Shown: in pieces, positions 32,101 to 35,054 of the stretch | How positions within the stretch are numbered: position 1 is the stretch's first letter | Layout of the letters: every line of letters starts with the position of its first letter | DNA from: Parasynechococcus marenigrum WH 8102 | GTDB taxonomy: Bacteria > Cyanobacteriota > Cyanobacteriia > PCC-6307 > Cyanobiaceae | Direction: 5' to 3' | NCBI RefSeq assembly: GCF_000195975.1 | Contig: NC_005070.1 | Span: forward strand, 911,000-957,000 | Length of the DNA: 46,001 nt | Program-made: the position numbers and the translations under genes | Notes under the pieces: model-generated | Database searches by the model: none | Seen by the model: the letters and a program-made list of their open reading frames with translations, nothing else | What the model was told of the DNA's origin: nothing

Positions 32101-34515
32101 TTGAAATATGTTTCCGAATATGACTTATTAAGCTACGGTGCCACTCCTGTTGAGTCAAGTAATGATTTACCTGTTGAACCTGGTCAGCAAGTCTTTACAT
32201 GGGAGTCTAACCCAGAAAATATAATTGATAAGTACGGACAGCAAAGTGCGCCACTTTATGATCTAGATGGACGTGTCATTACAAAAGCTGGTTGGTATGA
32301 CTTCACTCTTCGTCCAACAACTGAGACTGAATTTGATCCCGAATTAGAGGAGCAGGTGCCAGTTTGGCGTGACGGTGCTCGCTTTATTTATGCGGATTAT
32401 TATACTGTTGACGTCGGTAACTTCTTAACCGACAATGATCCTGCAAACGACGAACTATTAATACCAGCCAATAGCTGGTATGTACCTTCTCAATCTGACT
32501 TACTTGAAGAGGAAGAGGGTGTTCTACCGGAAGGTGTCGCTTTTAGGCGTATTGTTGGTTTAGAGCTAAACTTTACAGACAACGCATTCGGAGATAAAGA
32601 CCCAGGCATTGGTCGAGTTGTTGACCCCTTTGGTACTGGTGCAAAGTCTAACTCTTCATCGCTGTTTACTTCTAACTTTACTTCAGACAATCTTTTCAAC
32701 GAGGAACCACCTGATCCTAAATTTATTCTTAAAAGAAATGAGAAAAAAGTATTAAAGACTGCGGTAGTTTTAGATGAGACAAAAAAAGCTGTTGATCTCG
32801 AAGCAGTCGTTTTAGACGAGACTCAAAAGGCTGTTGATCTTGATGCTGTTTTGTTAGAGGACGATCAGGTAGCGGTCTCTCGTGATCTTCTTGTCACTGA
32901 TGAATTGTTTACTTCTGATGTTGACATGACAAATCTCCGCCTTGTTGATGAGAATGCTGTGATTCTTGCCCTCAATGAAAAGACTGTCGATATTGATGCG
33001 GTCATACTTGAGGACGATCAGATTGCTATTTCTCGTGATATTTTGGTTACTGACGAGTTATTTACATCTGATGTCGACCTAACTAATCTTCGTCTCGTCG
33101 ATGAAGATGCTGTTGTTCTTGAACCCACTCAGAAGGCAGTTGATATCGACGATGTTGTTTTATTAGACAATCAGATAGCAGTTGATGATGATGCTGTTAT
33201 CCTAGATCCAACCGAAAAAGCTGTAGATATTAATGCAATCATTCTTCTGGATGATCAGGTTGCTTTCAATATTGATGATGTTCCTGTCTCTCTTGATGGA
33301 TTAAAACTTGTTCCTGATGATGCTGTTGTTCTGGATCCTAACCAGCAAGCAGTTGATGTCAACACGGAGATTCTTCAGCCTGATCAGAAGGCTGTACCGC
33401 TTGATGCGCCAGAAGTTGCCAATGACGCATCAGGTTCTGGTAAGTACAAGCAACCACCTTCTGATATTAAGCAATCCGGTTCCGGTGTAGATGCTCCTGG
33501 TATCAGTGATATTGCGGCACTCAAGTTTGGTGAGGATGCTCCTGGTACTGGTAACGGAGACGGTAATGGCCAGGGGGCTGGAAGTTCAAACAGCTCAGGT
33601 TCAGGTGTTGGTGTATCAATGAATGAACAAGCCACTCAATTCCCTGAGGGAGAGGGTGATGGTGATAGCGACTCTGTAGAACAACGAGGTCAGGGAGCGC
33701 CTGGACAGGGTGATGGTGAAGGCGGAGAAGCAGCACTTGGTGATGACCAAACTCCCACAACACAGCGTAAGCGTGGTCTTATGTTGCAGCCTATTGTTGA
33801 ATCAGAAAGTGTGGATGAAGATGCTAAATCTTCCTCGAACCTTTTGAAAAATTTAAGCGAAGGCTCAATAATGGGTACAAATCTCCTTGACGCACTAACA
33901 CTTGGTGGAGGAATTCTTTACGCTCTTTATGCTCCTCAGGCTGTTAAACCTATCAAACGTACTTTTGGCTCTCTTTTGGGCAGACTAACAGGACGTAGTA
34001 CTTCTATTCCAGAGCGAAAAGTAGCTACTGTGTTTGCTATGAAGCTTCCTGATGGAACACAGCGACTTATTGCTGCCAAAGTTACAACCCAGTCAATTGA
34101 TATAATTGCTCAGCAGGACATGCCTTCTGGTATGAGTGTTACGCAAGCTGGTAACCAGGAGCAAGTTGATTTTGCCTTTAACCAATTGTTGGATAAAATA
34201 ACGAATGAATCTTTTGATTTGATGCTTGTTGGACCTCGTCTCCGTAATCAAATATCTCTTGTTGCCAAGCTTGCCTCAGATTCCCTTATCCTTGATACTT
34301 CTTCAATTGAGCAGAAACTTAAATCATGTTCTCAAGATGAGGTTAAGTCATTACAACAATGGCTTGATCGTCCCAGCTCCACTCCTCCTGAGTCCAATCC
34401 TGTCAAGGATCTATTGAGTGTACGTCAAAGTGATTATTCGAAGAGTTTAATGACTCAGCAGGCTTCTATGGCCAGTCTTGTAGAGCTGAGTGTTGCATTA
34501 TCTTGGAAGGACTGA
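2140..34515 (+). CDS. swmB: Giant cell-surface motility protein SwmB (10,791 aa, about 1.1 MDa), a repeat-rich probable type I secretion substrate
   Basis: Single uninterrupted 32,376-nt frame. There is no N-terminal signal peptide. The composition is Thr/Ser/Asn/Asp/Val-rich, and I noticed only 3 Cys by eye. It contains huge in-frame tandem domain arrays and many xVNDxPV domain junctions typical of cadherin/VCBS-like adhesins. A dedicated T1SS lies adjacent. The 10,791-aa length and 32.4-kb gene size match what I recall for SwmB (SYNW0953) of Synechococcus WH8102. This is recall, not a search. Confidence 0.9.
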   Translation: MDTSGYVYPPMDDLLKRQNGGGQGGFDPNSSDGGDLNGGDGLHPRPGESDVGSGLELDRSLQRVAAHEAWLNEQSQLPVENWLQIRGGKSIALENFGVNNNTTNEFTRDFEKSLIVVDQRSIDLEDYSRNLPPETDILVLNPNTSGANQIREFLIGDNAADYSNISIIGCRDDFHNACLGSDVLSVEDLSKQIYLFQQENLIDTSVNLRLFTAENLVVNVTQSPSQSASTELLSRAINIISSSFDSGRFQESLNHAYSASKHSYVLDRAYQLINGTSAPSIELVDFGKAEIKGAYLSGQDRILVDSSLRNANTLLDRVLIEEIGHWLDESHGADSKGDEGDIFATSLLGGNPTSSSRIDNVKRQILSLNGHFYYAEFANFGVDTLSSSSEVQSAGSSIILAPESGYSFRDVISDHSVSGANVASQFSVFVNGGASISPTGASFSSGSLLLTGISPVIEQNDYVTISYSPSGTSTFNLVDSSNPGSDTVPAFSDLPIDNNSTKDITAGYVDFGSSTTAVATNGATIVLKFNEALADITNDANTRNQFAVLTNGAANAVTGIALGGSNKEVTLTLTNTVEDGDEVTVAYTKDTGNSVQLEDRHTDATDIDNFSATSITNNSTKDLTAGTVDFGSSTTAVATNGATIVLKFTEALADITNDANTRNQFAVLTNGAANAVTGIALGGSNKEVTLTLTNTVEDGDEVTVAYTKDTGNSVQLEDRHTDATDIDNFSATSVTNNSTKDITGAVIDFGASTTAVATNGATLVLTFPEELADISDGADVRAQFAVLTNGAANAVTGVSLGGSNKQVTLTLTNVVEDEDEVTVAYTANGANALKDRHADATNIANWNATSITNNSTKDTTAGYVDFGSSTTAVATNGATIVLKFNEALADITNDANTRNQFAVLTNGAANAVTGIALGGSNKEVTLTLTNTVEDGDEVTVAYTKDTGNSVQLEDRHTDATDIDNFSATSITNNSTKDLTAGTVDFGSSTTAVATNGATIVLKFTEALADITNDANTRNQFAVLTNGAANAVTGIALGGSNKEVTLTLTNTVEDGDEVTVAYTKDTGNSVQLEDRHTDATDIDNFSATSVTNNSTKDITGAVIDFGASTTAVATNGATLVLTFPEELADISDGADVRAQFAVLTNGAANAVTGVSLGGSNKQVTLTLTNVVEDEDEVTVAYTANGANALKDRHADATNIANWNATSITNNSTKDTTAGYVDFGSSTTAVATNGATIVLKFNEALADITNDANTRNQFAVLTNGAANAVTGIALGGSNKEVTLTLTNTVEDGDEVTVAYTKDTGNSVQLEDRHTDATDIDNFSATSITNNSTKDLTAGTVDFGSSTTAVATNGATIVLKFTEALADITNDANTRNQFAVLTNGAANAVTGIALGGSNKEVTLTLTNTVEDGDEVTVAYTKDTGNSVQLEDRHTDATDIDNFSATSVTNNSTKDITGAVIDFGASTTAVATNGATLVLTFPEELADISDGADVRAQFAVLTNGAANAVTGVSLGGSNKQVTLTLTNVVEDEDEVTVAYTANGANALKDRHADATNIANWNATSITNNSTKDTTAGYVDFGSSTTAVATNGATIVLKFNEALADITNDANTRNQFAVLTNGAANAVTGIALGGSNKEVTLTLTNTVEDGDEVTVAYTKDTGNSVQLEDRHTDATDIDNFSATSVTNNSTKDLTAGTVDFGSSTTAVATNGATIVLKFTEALADITNDANTRNQFAVLTNGTANAVTGIALGGSNKEVTLTLTNTVEDGDEVTVAYTKDTVNSVQLEDRHTDATDIDNFSATAVTNNSTKDITGAVVDWAAATTAVATDGATLVLTFPEELADISDGADVRAQFAVLTNGAANAVTGVSLGGSNKQVTLTLTNVVEDEDEVTVAYTANGANALKDRHADATNIANFNAISITNNSTKDLTAGTVDFGSSTTAVATNGATIVLKFNEALADITNNANTRSQFAVLVNGATNNVTSISLGDSNTAITLTLATAVEDGDEVTVAYTKDTGNSVQLEDRHTDATDIDNFSATAITNNSTQTLSAPNPLFGSTSTAVASAGNLLVLKFAGQLADVTNDANTRNQFSVTTNGVANTVTGISLGGSNTEITLTLTQVIEDNDEVTLSYTKDSVNNVELAGRTAGSAQVSDFLSTAITNNSTKDTTAGYVDFGSSTTAVATNGATIVLKFNEALADITNDANTRNQFAVLTNGAANAVTGIALGGSNKEVTLTLTNTVEDGDEVTVAYTKDTGNSVQLEDRHTDATDIDNFSATSITNNSTKDLTAGTVDFGSSTTAVATNGATIVLKFTEALADITNDANTRNQFAVLTNGAANAVTGIALGGSNKEVTLTLTNTVEDGDEVTVAYTKDTGNSVQLEDRHTDATDIDNFSATSVTNNSTKDITGAVIDFGASTTAVATNGATLVLTFPEELADISDGADVRAQFAVLTNGAANAVTGVSLGGSNKQVTLTLTNVVEDEDEVTVAYTANGANALKDRHADATNIANWNATSITNNSTKDTTAGYVDFGSSTTAVATNGATIVLKFNEALADITNDANTRNQFAVLTNGAANAVTGIALGGSNKEVTLTLTNTVEDGDEVTVAYTKDTGNSVQLEDRHTDATDIDNFSATSITNNSTKDLTAGTVDFGSSTTAVATNGATIVLKFTEALADITNDANTRNQFAVLTNGAANAVTGIALGGSNKEVTLTLTNTVEDGDEVTVAYTKDTGNSVQLEDRHTDATDIDNFSATSVTNNSTKDITGAVIDFGASTTAVATNGATLVLTFPEELADISDGADVRAQFAVLTNGAANAVTGVSLGGSNKQVTLTLTNVVEDEDEVTVAYTANGANALKDRHADATNIANWNATSITNNSTKDTTAGYVDFGSSTTAVATNGATIVLKFNEALADITNDANTRNQFAVLTNGAANAVTGIALGGSNKEVTLTLTNTVEDGDEVTVAYTKDTGNSVQLEDRHTDATDIDNFSATSITNNSTKDLTAGTVDFGSSTTAVATNGATIVLKFTEALADITNDANTRNQFAVLTNGAANAVTGIALGGSNKEVTLTLTNTVEDGDEVTVAYTKDTGNSVQLEDRHTDATDIDNFSATSVTNNSTKDITGAVIDFGASTTAVATNGATLVLTFPEELADISDGADVRAQFAVLTNGAANAVTGVSLGGSNKQVTLTLTNVVEDEDEVTVAYTANGANALKDRHADATNIANWNATSITNNSTKDTTAGYVDFGSSTTAVATNGATIVLKFNEALADITNDANTRNQFAVLTNGAANAVTGIALGGSNKEVTLTLTNTVEDGDEVTVAYTKDTGNSVQLEDRHTDATDIDNFSATSITNNSTKDLTAGTVDFGSSTTAVATNGATIVLKFTEALADITNDANTRNQFAVLTNGAANAVTGIALGGSNKEVTLTLTNTVEDGDEVTVAYTKDTGNSVQLEDRHTDATDIDNFSATSVTNNSTKDITGAVIDFGASTTAVATNGATLVLTFPEELADISDGADVRAQFAVLTNGAANAVTGVSLGGSNKQVTLTLTNVVEDEDEVTVAYTANGANALKDRHADATNIANWNATSITNNSTKDTTAGYVDFGSSTTAVATNGATIVLKFNEALADITNDANTRNQFAVLTNGAANAVTGIALGGSNKEVTLTLTNTVEDGDEVTVAYTKDTGNSVQLEDRHTDATDIDNFSATSITNNSTKDLTAGTVDLRSSTTAVATNGATIVLKFTEALADITNDANTRNQFAVTVDGSTNTVTGIALGGSNQEVTLTLTNAIKDGAEVFVAYTKDTVNSVQLEDRHTDASDILDFTYSINNSSTVDSTIPVAVADTSSVEVGGSVVFDGTSGNQPILITNDTDNVGVTGIGAVDGVSFTSLTNSDHGTYSGAAGYKKVVGTFGTLYIKSNGVAAYIHTGTRATDTDVFIYTATDLQGNESIPIKLTINAQDTTAPSKSDTITESVNEGSTSSNLQLLSIFSDNSSTFSVTNIKVGSGSTVVLPSAETTGQYIGFSKVTSTQGDLYLKADGTAFYVHGGSDIVGTGTTDVFTYTVNDGTNQTTNTITINLVDTTVVPPTNSSSSTNSASSINLVMSEAIKSNVTALQSISDFSSIGPFFSLQIGNQTLAYGTGSGTFSMDKVNSTTLTFIVNTESDYIQNVHELVQLVYNPTGANTHHLKDLDGNFASGFTQLVTNQFVAPSVSSATTTSSNVVTMVLSENALSNSANLSAITNFADLGALFSVKVGSQTLSYGASGAGTFSLGKDGSNNNKLVFTINTEADYLQNDQEVVQIIYNADPSSTTHNLVDSDGNQTTDFTFTAANSFLAPSVSSATTTSSNVVTMVLSENALSNSANLSAITNFADLGALFSVKVGSQTLSYGASGAGTFSLGKDGSNNNKLVFTINTEADYLQSDQEVVQIIYNADPSSTTHNLVDSDGNQTTDFTFTAANSFLAPSVSSATTTSSNVVTMVLSENALSNSANLSAITDFANLGALFSVKVGSQTLSYGASGAGTFSLEKDGSNNNKLVFTINTEADYLQNDQEVVEIIYNADPSSTTHNLVDSDGNQTTDFTFTAANSFLAPSVSSATTTSSNVVTMVLSENALSNSANLSAITNFANLGALFSVKVGSQTLTYGASGAGTFSLGKDGSNNNKLVFTINTEADYLQNDQEIVEIIYNADPSSTTHNLVDSDGNQTTDFTFTAANSFLAPSVSSATTTSSNVVTMVLSENALSNSANLSAITNFANLGALFSVKVGSQTLSYGASGAGTFSLGKDGSNNNKLVFTINTEADYLQNDQEVVQIIYNADPSSTTHNLVDSDGNQTTDFAFTAANSFLAPSVSSATTTSSNVVTMVLSENALSNSANLSAITNFADLGALFSVKVGSQTLSYGASGAGTFSLGKDGSNNNKLVFTINTEADYLQNDQEVVQIIYNADPSSTTHNLVDSDANQTTDFTFTAANSFLAPSVSSATTTSSNVVTMVLSENALSNSANLSAITNFADLGALFSVKVGSQTLSYGASGAGTFSLGKDGSNNNKLVFTINTEADYLQNDQEVVQIIYNADPSSTTHNLVDSDGNQTTDFTFTAANSFLAPSVSSATTTSSNVVTMVLSENALSNSANLSAITNFADLGALFSVKVGSQTLSYGASGAGTFSLGKDGSNNNKLVFTINTEADYLQNDQEVVQIIYNADPSSTTHNLVDSDGNQTTDFTFTAANSFLAPFVSSATTTSSNVVTMVLSENSLSNSANLSAITNFADLGALFSVKVGSQTLSYGASGAGTFSLEKDGSNNNKLVFTINTEADYLQNDQEVVQIIYNADSSSTTHNLVDSDGNQTIDFTFTATNSFLASSVSSATTTSSNVVTMVLSENSLSNSANLSAITNFANLGALFSVKVGSQTLTYGASGAGTFSLGKDGSNNNKLVFTINTEADYLQNDQEIVEIIYNADPSSTTHNLVDSDGNQTTDFTFTATNSFLAPSVSSATTTSSNVVTMVLSENALSNSANLSAITNFANLGALFSVKVGSQTLSYGASGAGTFSLGKDGSNNNKLVFTINTEADYLQNDQEVVQIIYNADPSSTTHNLVDSDANQTTDFTFTATNSFLAPSVSSATTTSSNVVTMVLSENALSNSANLSDITNFANLGALFSVKVGSQTLSYGASGAGTFSLGKDGSNNNKLVFTINTEADYLQNDQEIVEIIYNADPSSTTHNLVDSDGNQTTDFTFTAANSFLAPSVSSATTTSSNVVTMVLSENALSNSANLSAITNFANLGALFSVKVGSQTLSYAASGAGTFSLGKDGSNNNKLVFTINTEADYLQNDQEVVQIIYNADPSSTTHNLVDSDGNQTTDFAFTAANSFLAPSVSSATTTSSNVVTMVLSENALSNSANLSAITNFADLGALFSVKVGSQTLTYGASGAGTFSLGKDGSNNNKLVFTINTEADYLQNDQEVVQIIYNADPSSTTHNLVDSDANQTTDFTFTATNSFLAPSVSSATTTSSNVVTMVLSENALSNSANLSAITNFADLGALFSVKVGSQTLSYGASGAGTFSLGKDGSNNNKLVFTINTEADYLQNDQEVVQIIYNADPSSTTHNLVDSDANQTTDFTFTATNSFLAPSVSSATTTSSNVVTMVLSENALSNSANLSAITNFANLGALFSVKVGSQTLSYGASGAGTFSLGKDGSNNNKLVFTINTEADYLQNDQEVVQIIYNADPSSTTHNLVDSDANQTTDFTFTATNSFLAPSVSSATTTSSNVVTMVLSENSLSNSANLSDITNFANLGALFSVKVGSQTLSYGASGAGTFSLGKDGSNNNKLVFTINTEADYLQNDQEVVQIIYNADPSSTTHNLIDSDGNQTTDFTFTAANSFLAPSVQSLTTPTNSSVKLILTENALSNSTNISSITNFASLGGLFTLKIGSQSLSYGTGAGTFSLTKDGSNNNILIFTINTQADYIQNVEESVQLLYNADSSSTTHNLIDSDGNHTSDFNLAASVSFQAAPSGQIVISDILENSTLSLSSTDILSLISDPNNDTLNTSSITSLSIAATSNATVALGSSTLTGPVSDTWTFSPGDFFGEVQLTAVVNDGNSGGALSTTFTSTFNVLPVNDAPVQSSSATLSSVARGQNKDITLSDLLGNITDTETTQLSGTLTSDLSIVGNSVSTNKGTITYDSVNTKWVYNSTSTNSAGDSITDSGSVTLSYVVTDGTNQVSASATFTVDDTNAAPTGYIEFSDILENSILKFTSADILNRISDPNADTLNYASITSLTIVDNSNNSSIPNGSLLRQDDTSNNLSNFTFSPAEFTGVAKISAVVEDGNGGSTTFTTTFNVLSVNDDARFNSSDSVSPTLLSASLSSADSKSISLYFSESLDNSIVIENNTFVVKDSNNATLSYTVTRDTTDYSSNDSVITLVLDSAISDTNNLTVSYSGSSIVDASSANSYAGNALSAFSNQVVSNTRVNSPLIISGSLGLDGKTLTLNSSKALDSTDVISSSTFTVQSSTDGSNWVTVPYSVDGDSSDYINTASSIVLKLDDALMYSHQVRVSYASTTIEDSSQTYDLATFSNFSIQNRSSVFTLESLASTNSVIYEDLGFDGTPTTAQIISLAAEGTVNPDSVVVGNYYTIESVGSTDWTAIGASANAAGTTFKATNTGTGNGTASTNYLILDSEILGKYYDVESSALSLYNVVADNGTFKRNDANTGWFYRPVVNYSGQVVVSFDVFDGTSFTPGSATLDVQSINDIPVRIAGNVSGIIIPEGASTDTSPPTLAHASVNGSSVLLHFSEALDTSTVVNSSMFDIKVGGNEVTYTVNGSTADYSKSNTTLSLTLSSAVSATDVVTIDFPSYTRITSLGTTTNWTNHGAVQTAAGNFVVGREYIINTAGDTSFTGIGATNNNVGTVFIATGAGSGSGNALETNFVATSSITGDGVSVDNVLKDTAFSANKLVAFSGSSISNITGTDTTVPVLTSALLAPDGKSVKLVFSEPLDTSVSLNNSTFNVKMSADGVNYSAHSYSIDATSAAYSDGDSTISLTFATAVDYQALLTLDYQGTNIKDTSGNALATIATASPMSIKNNVRVSLGLSALSYLPGLGDDESINSSTIQTLTYKITALPSSLVGQLQLIDGTPVVLNDTYSIDQLRQLQFESFSGANGTTSFTINIADSAGSSINEVIPIGTSFVNDGPIQTGPAFVFSAVQEDNTLDITKAQLLTGYVDEEGNPMFVNGLSASNGTLSQSGDTWTFTPIEHFVGTVDLMYVINDSNGGGILATNSFQITEVNDAPVRDDGSSFNTLTVLEDGPVSSMNLPSTLSYSTGGEGRSTGETSQSLTYTVTSLPVTGGGASAGTIYKDNGTSVAAGSFVSGTKYYISASGTTDFTQIGAANNNVGTSFTATGAGAGTGEAVAITTVDLSNPSLTLTELKGLKFQPAANIVGTFTLGFTVSDDGPNTNDGNVKTDKNSLTQSVGISILNFNDTPVLPTPSIAFTSNGTEDTAFTFTEADFLAGVTDPDLDSNANPTNPFGDVLSISNLSASNGTLIGPVNGVYTFTPSANFNSDLGGVVTFNYLINDGQGGSIANTITRTIDPGNDSPVATFNTAQFASENGGTLTGQLTATDIELSRGDNAGKTLTYTQTNTVAGFALAVDGSGSFTFDTADTTYRYLALNETLTLTINYQVTDEVLGTNFGSLTAQDLANTKGSFTITLTGSNDDPYAVGGALAALTPGTEDTTSTFTIADLTQGYADYDTSDVLTVQSPTAYKVVDGVTTDEIVGSFTPNLVNNILQSYTYQPSANFTGNLEVKYVVSDSKGPGIAGSSTLVINAVNDTPVPTFAFNQSASEAGAVVTGQLTADDTEITTGEQAATSLTYSLVGDAIAGLTIAADGQFTFDPTNAAYEYLANGEEQVITVNYRVTDPGNLFADKSFTITINGTNDNVVVDLNAIATLAAATEDTAFVVSIDQLLQGFSDVDTSDVLVVQGLTAFKANAAGTALDEVAGTLTRVETNGVLTGYQFTPVANYNGNVALKYTVVDGNGSDIAGSLVLNVNAVNDIPVPSFGINQVTYEADTLVTGQLTADDIEIGTGEQLATSLIYTLSGNAIPGFAIANDGAFTFDPTNPAYEYLAAGEEQVITVNYRVTDAGGLFAEKNFTFTVKGTNDDPVVDLGAIAALAAATEDTPYTVSVDQLLQGFSDVDTSDVLVVQGLTAFKADAAGNALDDGAGTISRVEVNGVLTGYQFTPLDNYNGNVILKYTVADGNGPGRAGSLPLIVNAVNDLPVPTYDTNLVNTEGNELVTGQLTAVDNEIITGEQLPTSLTYTLSGNAIPGLTIAADGAFTFNPQDAAYDYLAFGEEQIINVNYRVTDAGALFAEKTFTITVKGTNDDPVVDVNQTVALAAATEDTEYLITTADLLAGYSDVDTTDVLTVESLVVYKADNAGLPTTELGGSVTPVVVNGVTTGYNLLPADDYFGDVVVTYIVSDGNGPGVPATSTITVNPVVDVPRVGNLGEKGLNLGQTPEDTPTTFTTADLLAGFTDPDGFELTIKPDSVTNAYSTITLEGDTYTFTPNLNFSGSTQIDFTVVDAAGNEVPFSKFIDVIEVNDPPSITLDRDALDSDYKSKTYLIPFEQIFAVVPANPVVELIDPDLSITTQVVGDSLSIEIPAAYTEDVSFMFGDTVVDPNSLFTLDVLRPLQVSDRNVVAGFERFFALSDFGFGDVEGLPLQSVLIQVPDTSLGTIRVGSGNFDTDTENVIQLTPLASSDFNQSNVFEVTREQIETGSVYFVANPSPLNAGKSADLEFIVKDESGDLSTLPGLLRITIQEAPESVQDFIANSTYEPIFDAELGLNRFDSVDTIISSIGITRDEALSVIRSTLPIRTAANSFDASVETPFSYVTQNEVEYRWDIGAFDIFEYDFTSNTQTLVLDFASLTIDSDLYQHFADLYTYSLANDLDNAYLASKLVELIPGSNDRLNKIEDAFSLSNYDDIYSYLTASGRNGPELLDITTDNTQKQFVRLYSAIASSPILSNTFNEGRDLLVQSVLDLINPPSPLPNRLVDNLNDLFTEKTSSLASSFVLPSGIALSPEGLDRLNRVTNLVGTGGSSDLLAASEFSTNTPQLLNTLSDQNIISDTGSLLNNFGQPVLSDGEPLIISDYQSLVSSFVDTNLTTFSDDFLENDSISGELARNIVLNEISERVVQAADSSTVPEVISSTLNNLLAAALQLDPVAEDAKTESNRLLKMALSVDSLVEQRPLYEVDEATGQPKTVFDPRSNTDVFVVNEENQAFYNAALEQQDVLQADYVGLTLEQWKDIDNQPNSAKVKADRINAVKIGISYADYLNFANLNPLDSEVWSIYPFVGYVEAGTFDSDDFLVVDNLFVDPQAALNNLISSGINKGVSFDDFSSLLFNQPIYTPSTVSSDSGAEITRADAITYASTDPSSALYIAAMDSNFQEGNVIKAYKTTNPNPYKFTIEDFDDANLLTDGLQVSYLVNYTYGDLAVGDSGYTFNVASGYSPDLVGHDLDEFNLALKYVSEYDLLSYGATPVESSNDLPVEPGQQVFTWESNPENIIDKYGQQSAPLYDLDGRVITKAGWYDFTLRPTTETEFDPELEEQVPVWRDGARFIYADYYTVDVGNFLTDNDPANDELLIPANSWYVPSQSDLLEEEEGVLPEGVAFRRIVGLELNFTDNAFGDKDPGIGRVVDPFGTGAKSNSSSLFTSNFTSDNLFNEEPPDPKFILKRNEKKVLKTAVVLDETKKAVDLEAVVLDETQKAVDLDAVLLEDDQVAVSRDLLVTDELFTSDVDMTNLRLVDENAVILALNEKTVDIDAVILEDDQIAISRDILVTDELFTSDVDLTNLRLVDEDAVVLEPTQKAVDIDDVVLLDNQIAVDDDAVILDPTEKAVDINAIILLDDQVAFNIDDVPVSLDGLKLVPDDAVVLDPNQQAVDVNTEILQPDQKAVPLDAPEVANDASGSGKYKQPPSDIKQSGSGVDAPGISDIAALKFGEDAPGTGNGDGNGQGAGSSNSSGSGVGVSMNEQATQFPEGEGDGDSDSVEQRGQGAPGQGDGEGGEAALGDDQTPTTQRKRGLMLQPIVESESVDEDAKSSSNLLKNLSEGSIMGTNLLDALTLGGGILYALYAPQAVKPIKRTFGSLLGRLTGRSTSIPERKVATVFAMKLPDGTQRLIAAKVTTQSIDIIAQQDMPSGMSVTQAGNQEQVDFAFNQLLDKITNESFDLMLVGPRLRNQISLVAKLASDSLILDTSSIEQKLKSCSQDEVKSLQQWLDRPSSTPPESNPVKDLLSVRQSDYSKSLMTQQASMASLVELSVALSWKD
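3631..13578 (+). repeat. Tandem array 1 inside swmB: 28 Ig-like domains of 117-119 aa, organised as (ABC)4+2 units, twice
   Basis: The NNSTKD phase marker recurs at 3631, 3988, 4345 and 4696, so A=357, B=357, C=351 nt and the triplet is 1065 nt. Shadow ORFs recur at exact 1065-nt spacing (3736, 4801, 5866, 6931 and 8710, 9775, 10840, 11905, 12970). The second block starts at 8605, which is 3631+4974. Most triplets are near-identical at nucleotide level. Confidence 0.97.
14329..21567 (+). repeat. Tandem array 2 inside swmB: 19 units of 381 bp (127 aa), 17 near-identical plus one divergent unit at each end
   Basis: The marker gcaccatctg recurs at 14710, 15091 ... 21187, and (21187-14710)/381 = 17 exactly. 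Shadow ORFs sit every 381 nt from 14994 to 19566. The unit consensus is APSVSSATTTSSNVVTMVLSENALSNSANLSAITNFADLGALFSVKVGSQTLSYGASGAGTFSLGKDGSNNNKLVFTINTEADYLQNDQEVVQIIYNADPSSTTHNLVDSDGNQTTDFTFTAANSFL. Confidence 0.97.
26305..29016 (+). repeat. Four tandem bipartite modules (235, 223, 223, 223 aa) of VCBS/cadherin-like domains inside swmB
   Basis: The xNDxPV junction codons sit at 26305, 27010, 27679, 28348 and 29017, giving a 669-nt period for the last three. Each module has TGQLTAxDxE...FTFDP...YEYLAxGEEQVITVNYRVTD...FTITVKGTNDDPVVD followed by LAAATEDT...LLQGFSDVDTSDVLVVQGLTAFKA...GYQFTP..NYNGNV.LKYTV.DGNG. The copies are diverged (protein-level similarity only), unlike arrays 1 and 2. Confidence 0.8.
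32761..33417 (+). repeat. Acidic short-period repeats (about 11 aa, AVVLDxxQKAVDxD-like) including a 51-aa duplication, near the SwmB C-terminus
   Basis: AVVLDETKKAVDLEAVVLDETQKAVDLDAVLLEDDQVAVSRDLLVTDELFTSDVDMTNLRLVDENAVILALNEKTVDID is followed by AVILEDDQIAISRDILVTDELFTSDVDLTNLRLVDEDAVVLEPTQKAVDID, then further DxAVxLDxxQKAVD units. Confidence 0.75.
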
Positions 34516-35054
34516 ATTTTAGAATAGCGGCATATATTAGTTTCTTCCTTTATCTTGTATCATCTGCTTTAATTTTAGCTCATTTAGCTTATTTTCTTCT
34601 TTTTCTCTCTTTCGTCGCTAGTTACTTGTTGTTTTATGCCTTTTCAAGGTCTTTTATTTGTTCTGGCCTAATATTTGTTTTATACCGATTCGGCATGTTT
34701 TGTTATTTTAAATCCTAAACTTACCCGCGACGTTCTAATCCTTTGATATCTGTACATTGTATGATAGGCTGATGTTTGTTTTTTTCCTGTGCAACCACAG
34801 CACTATTAACTATTTTTGAATAATTCTTATGATGTTACGGTCACTATATGGAGACTGCGATAATACCTTTTTAACGTCAAGTGAAGAGGCTTAGTCTTGT
34901 TACAACTCCCCACAGTAACCATACCAAGTGCTTTGATTTTATTCCCAAAATTATTGATTACCTACTTAGTATTTTAATCTGCCTGACAATACTATATATT
35001 TTTTCTTGATTTGTTCTAGTTCTCATTCGTTCTTCTTGTTTTTGTGTATTATTT

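Noticed and set aside
34503-34718. 71-aa very hydrophobic ORF (+) overlapping the swmB stop.
   Set aside because: The Phe/Leu/Ser/Tyr-rich translation is what any frame of a T-rich tract yields. It overlaps the swmB 3' end and has no supporting context.
34660-34720. Candidate intrinsic terminator (ccgattcgg palindrome followed by a T-rich run) after swmB.
   Set aside because: The stem is only 4 bp with a 1-nt loop, which is sterically implausible. T-runs are everywhere in this tract, so the T-tail is uninformative.
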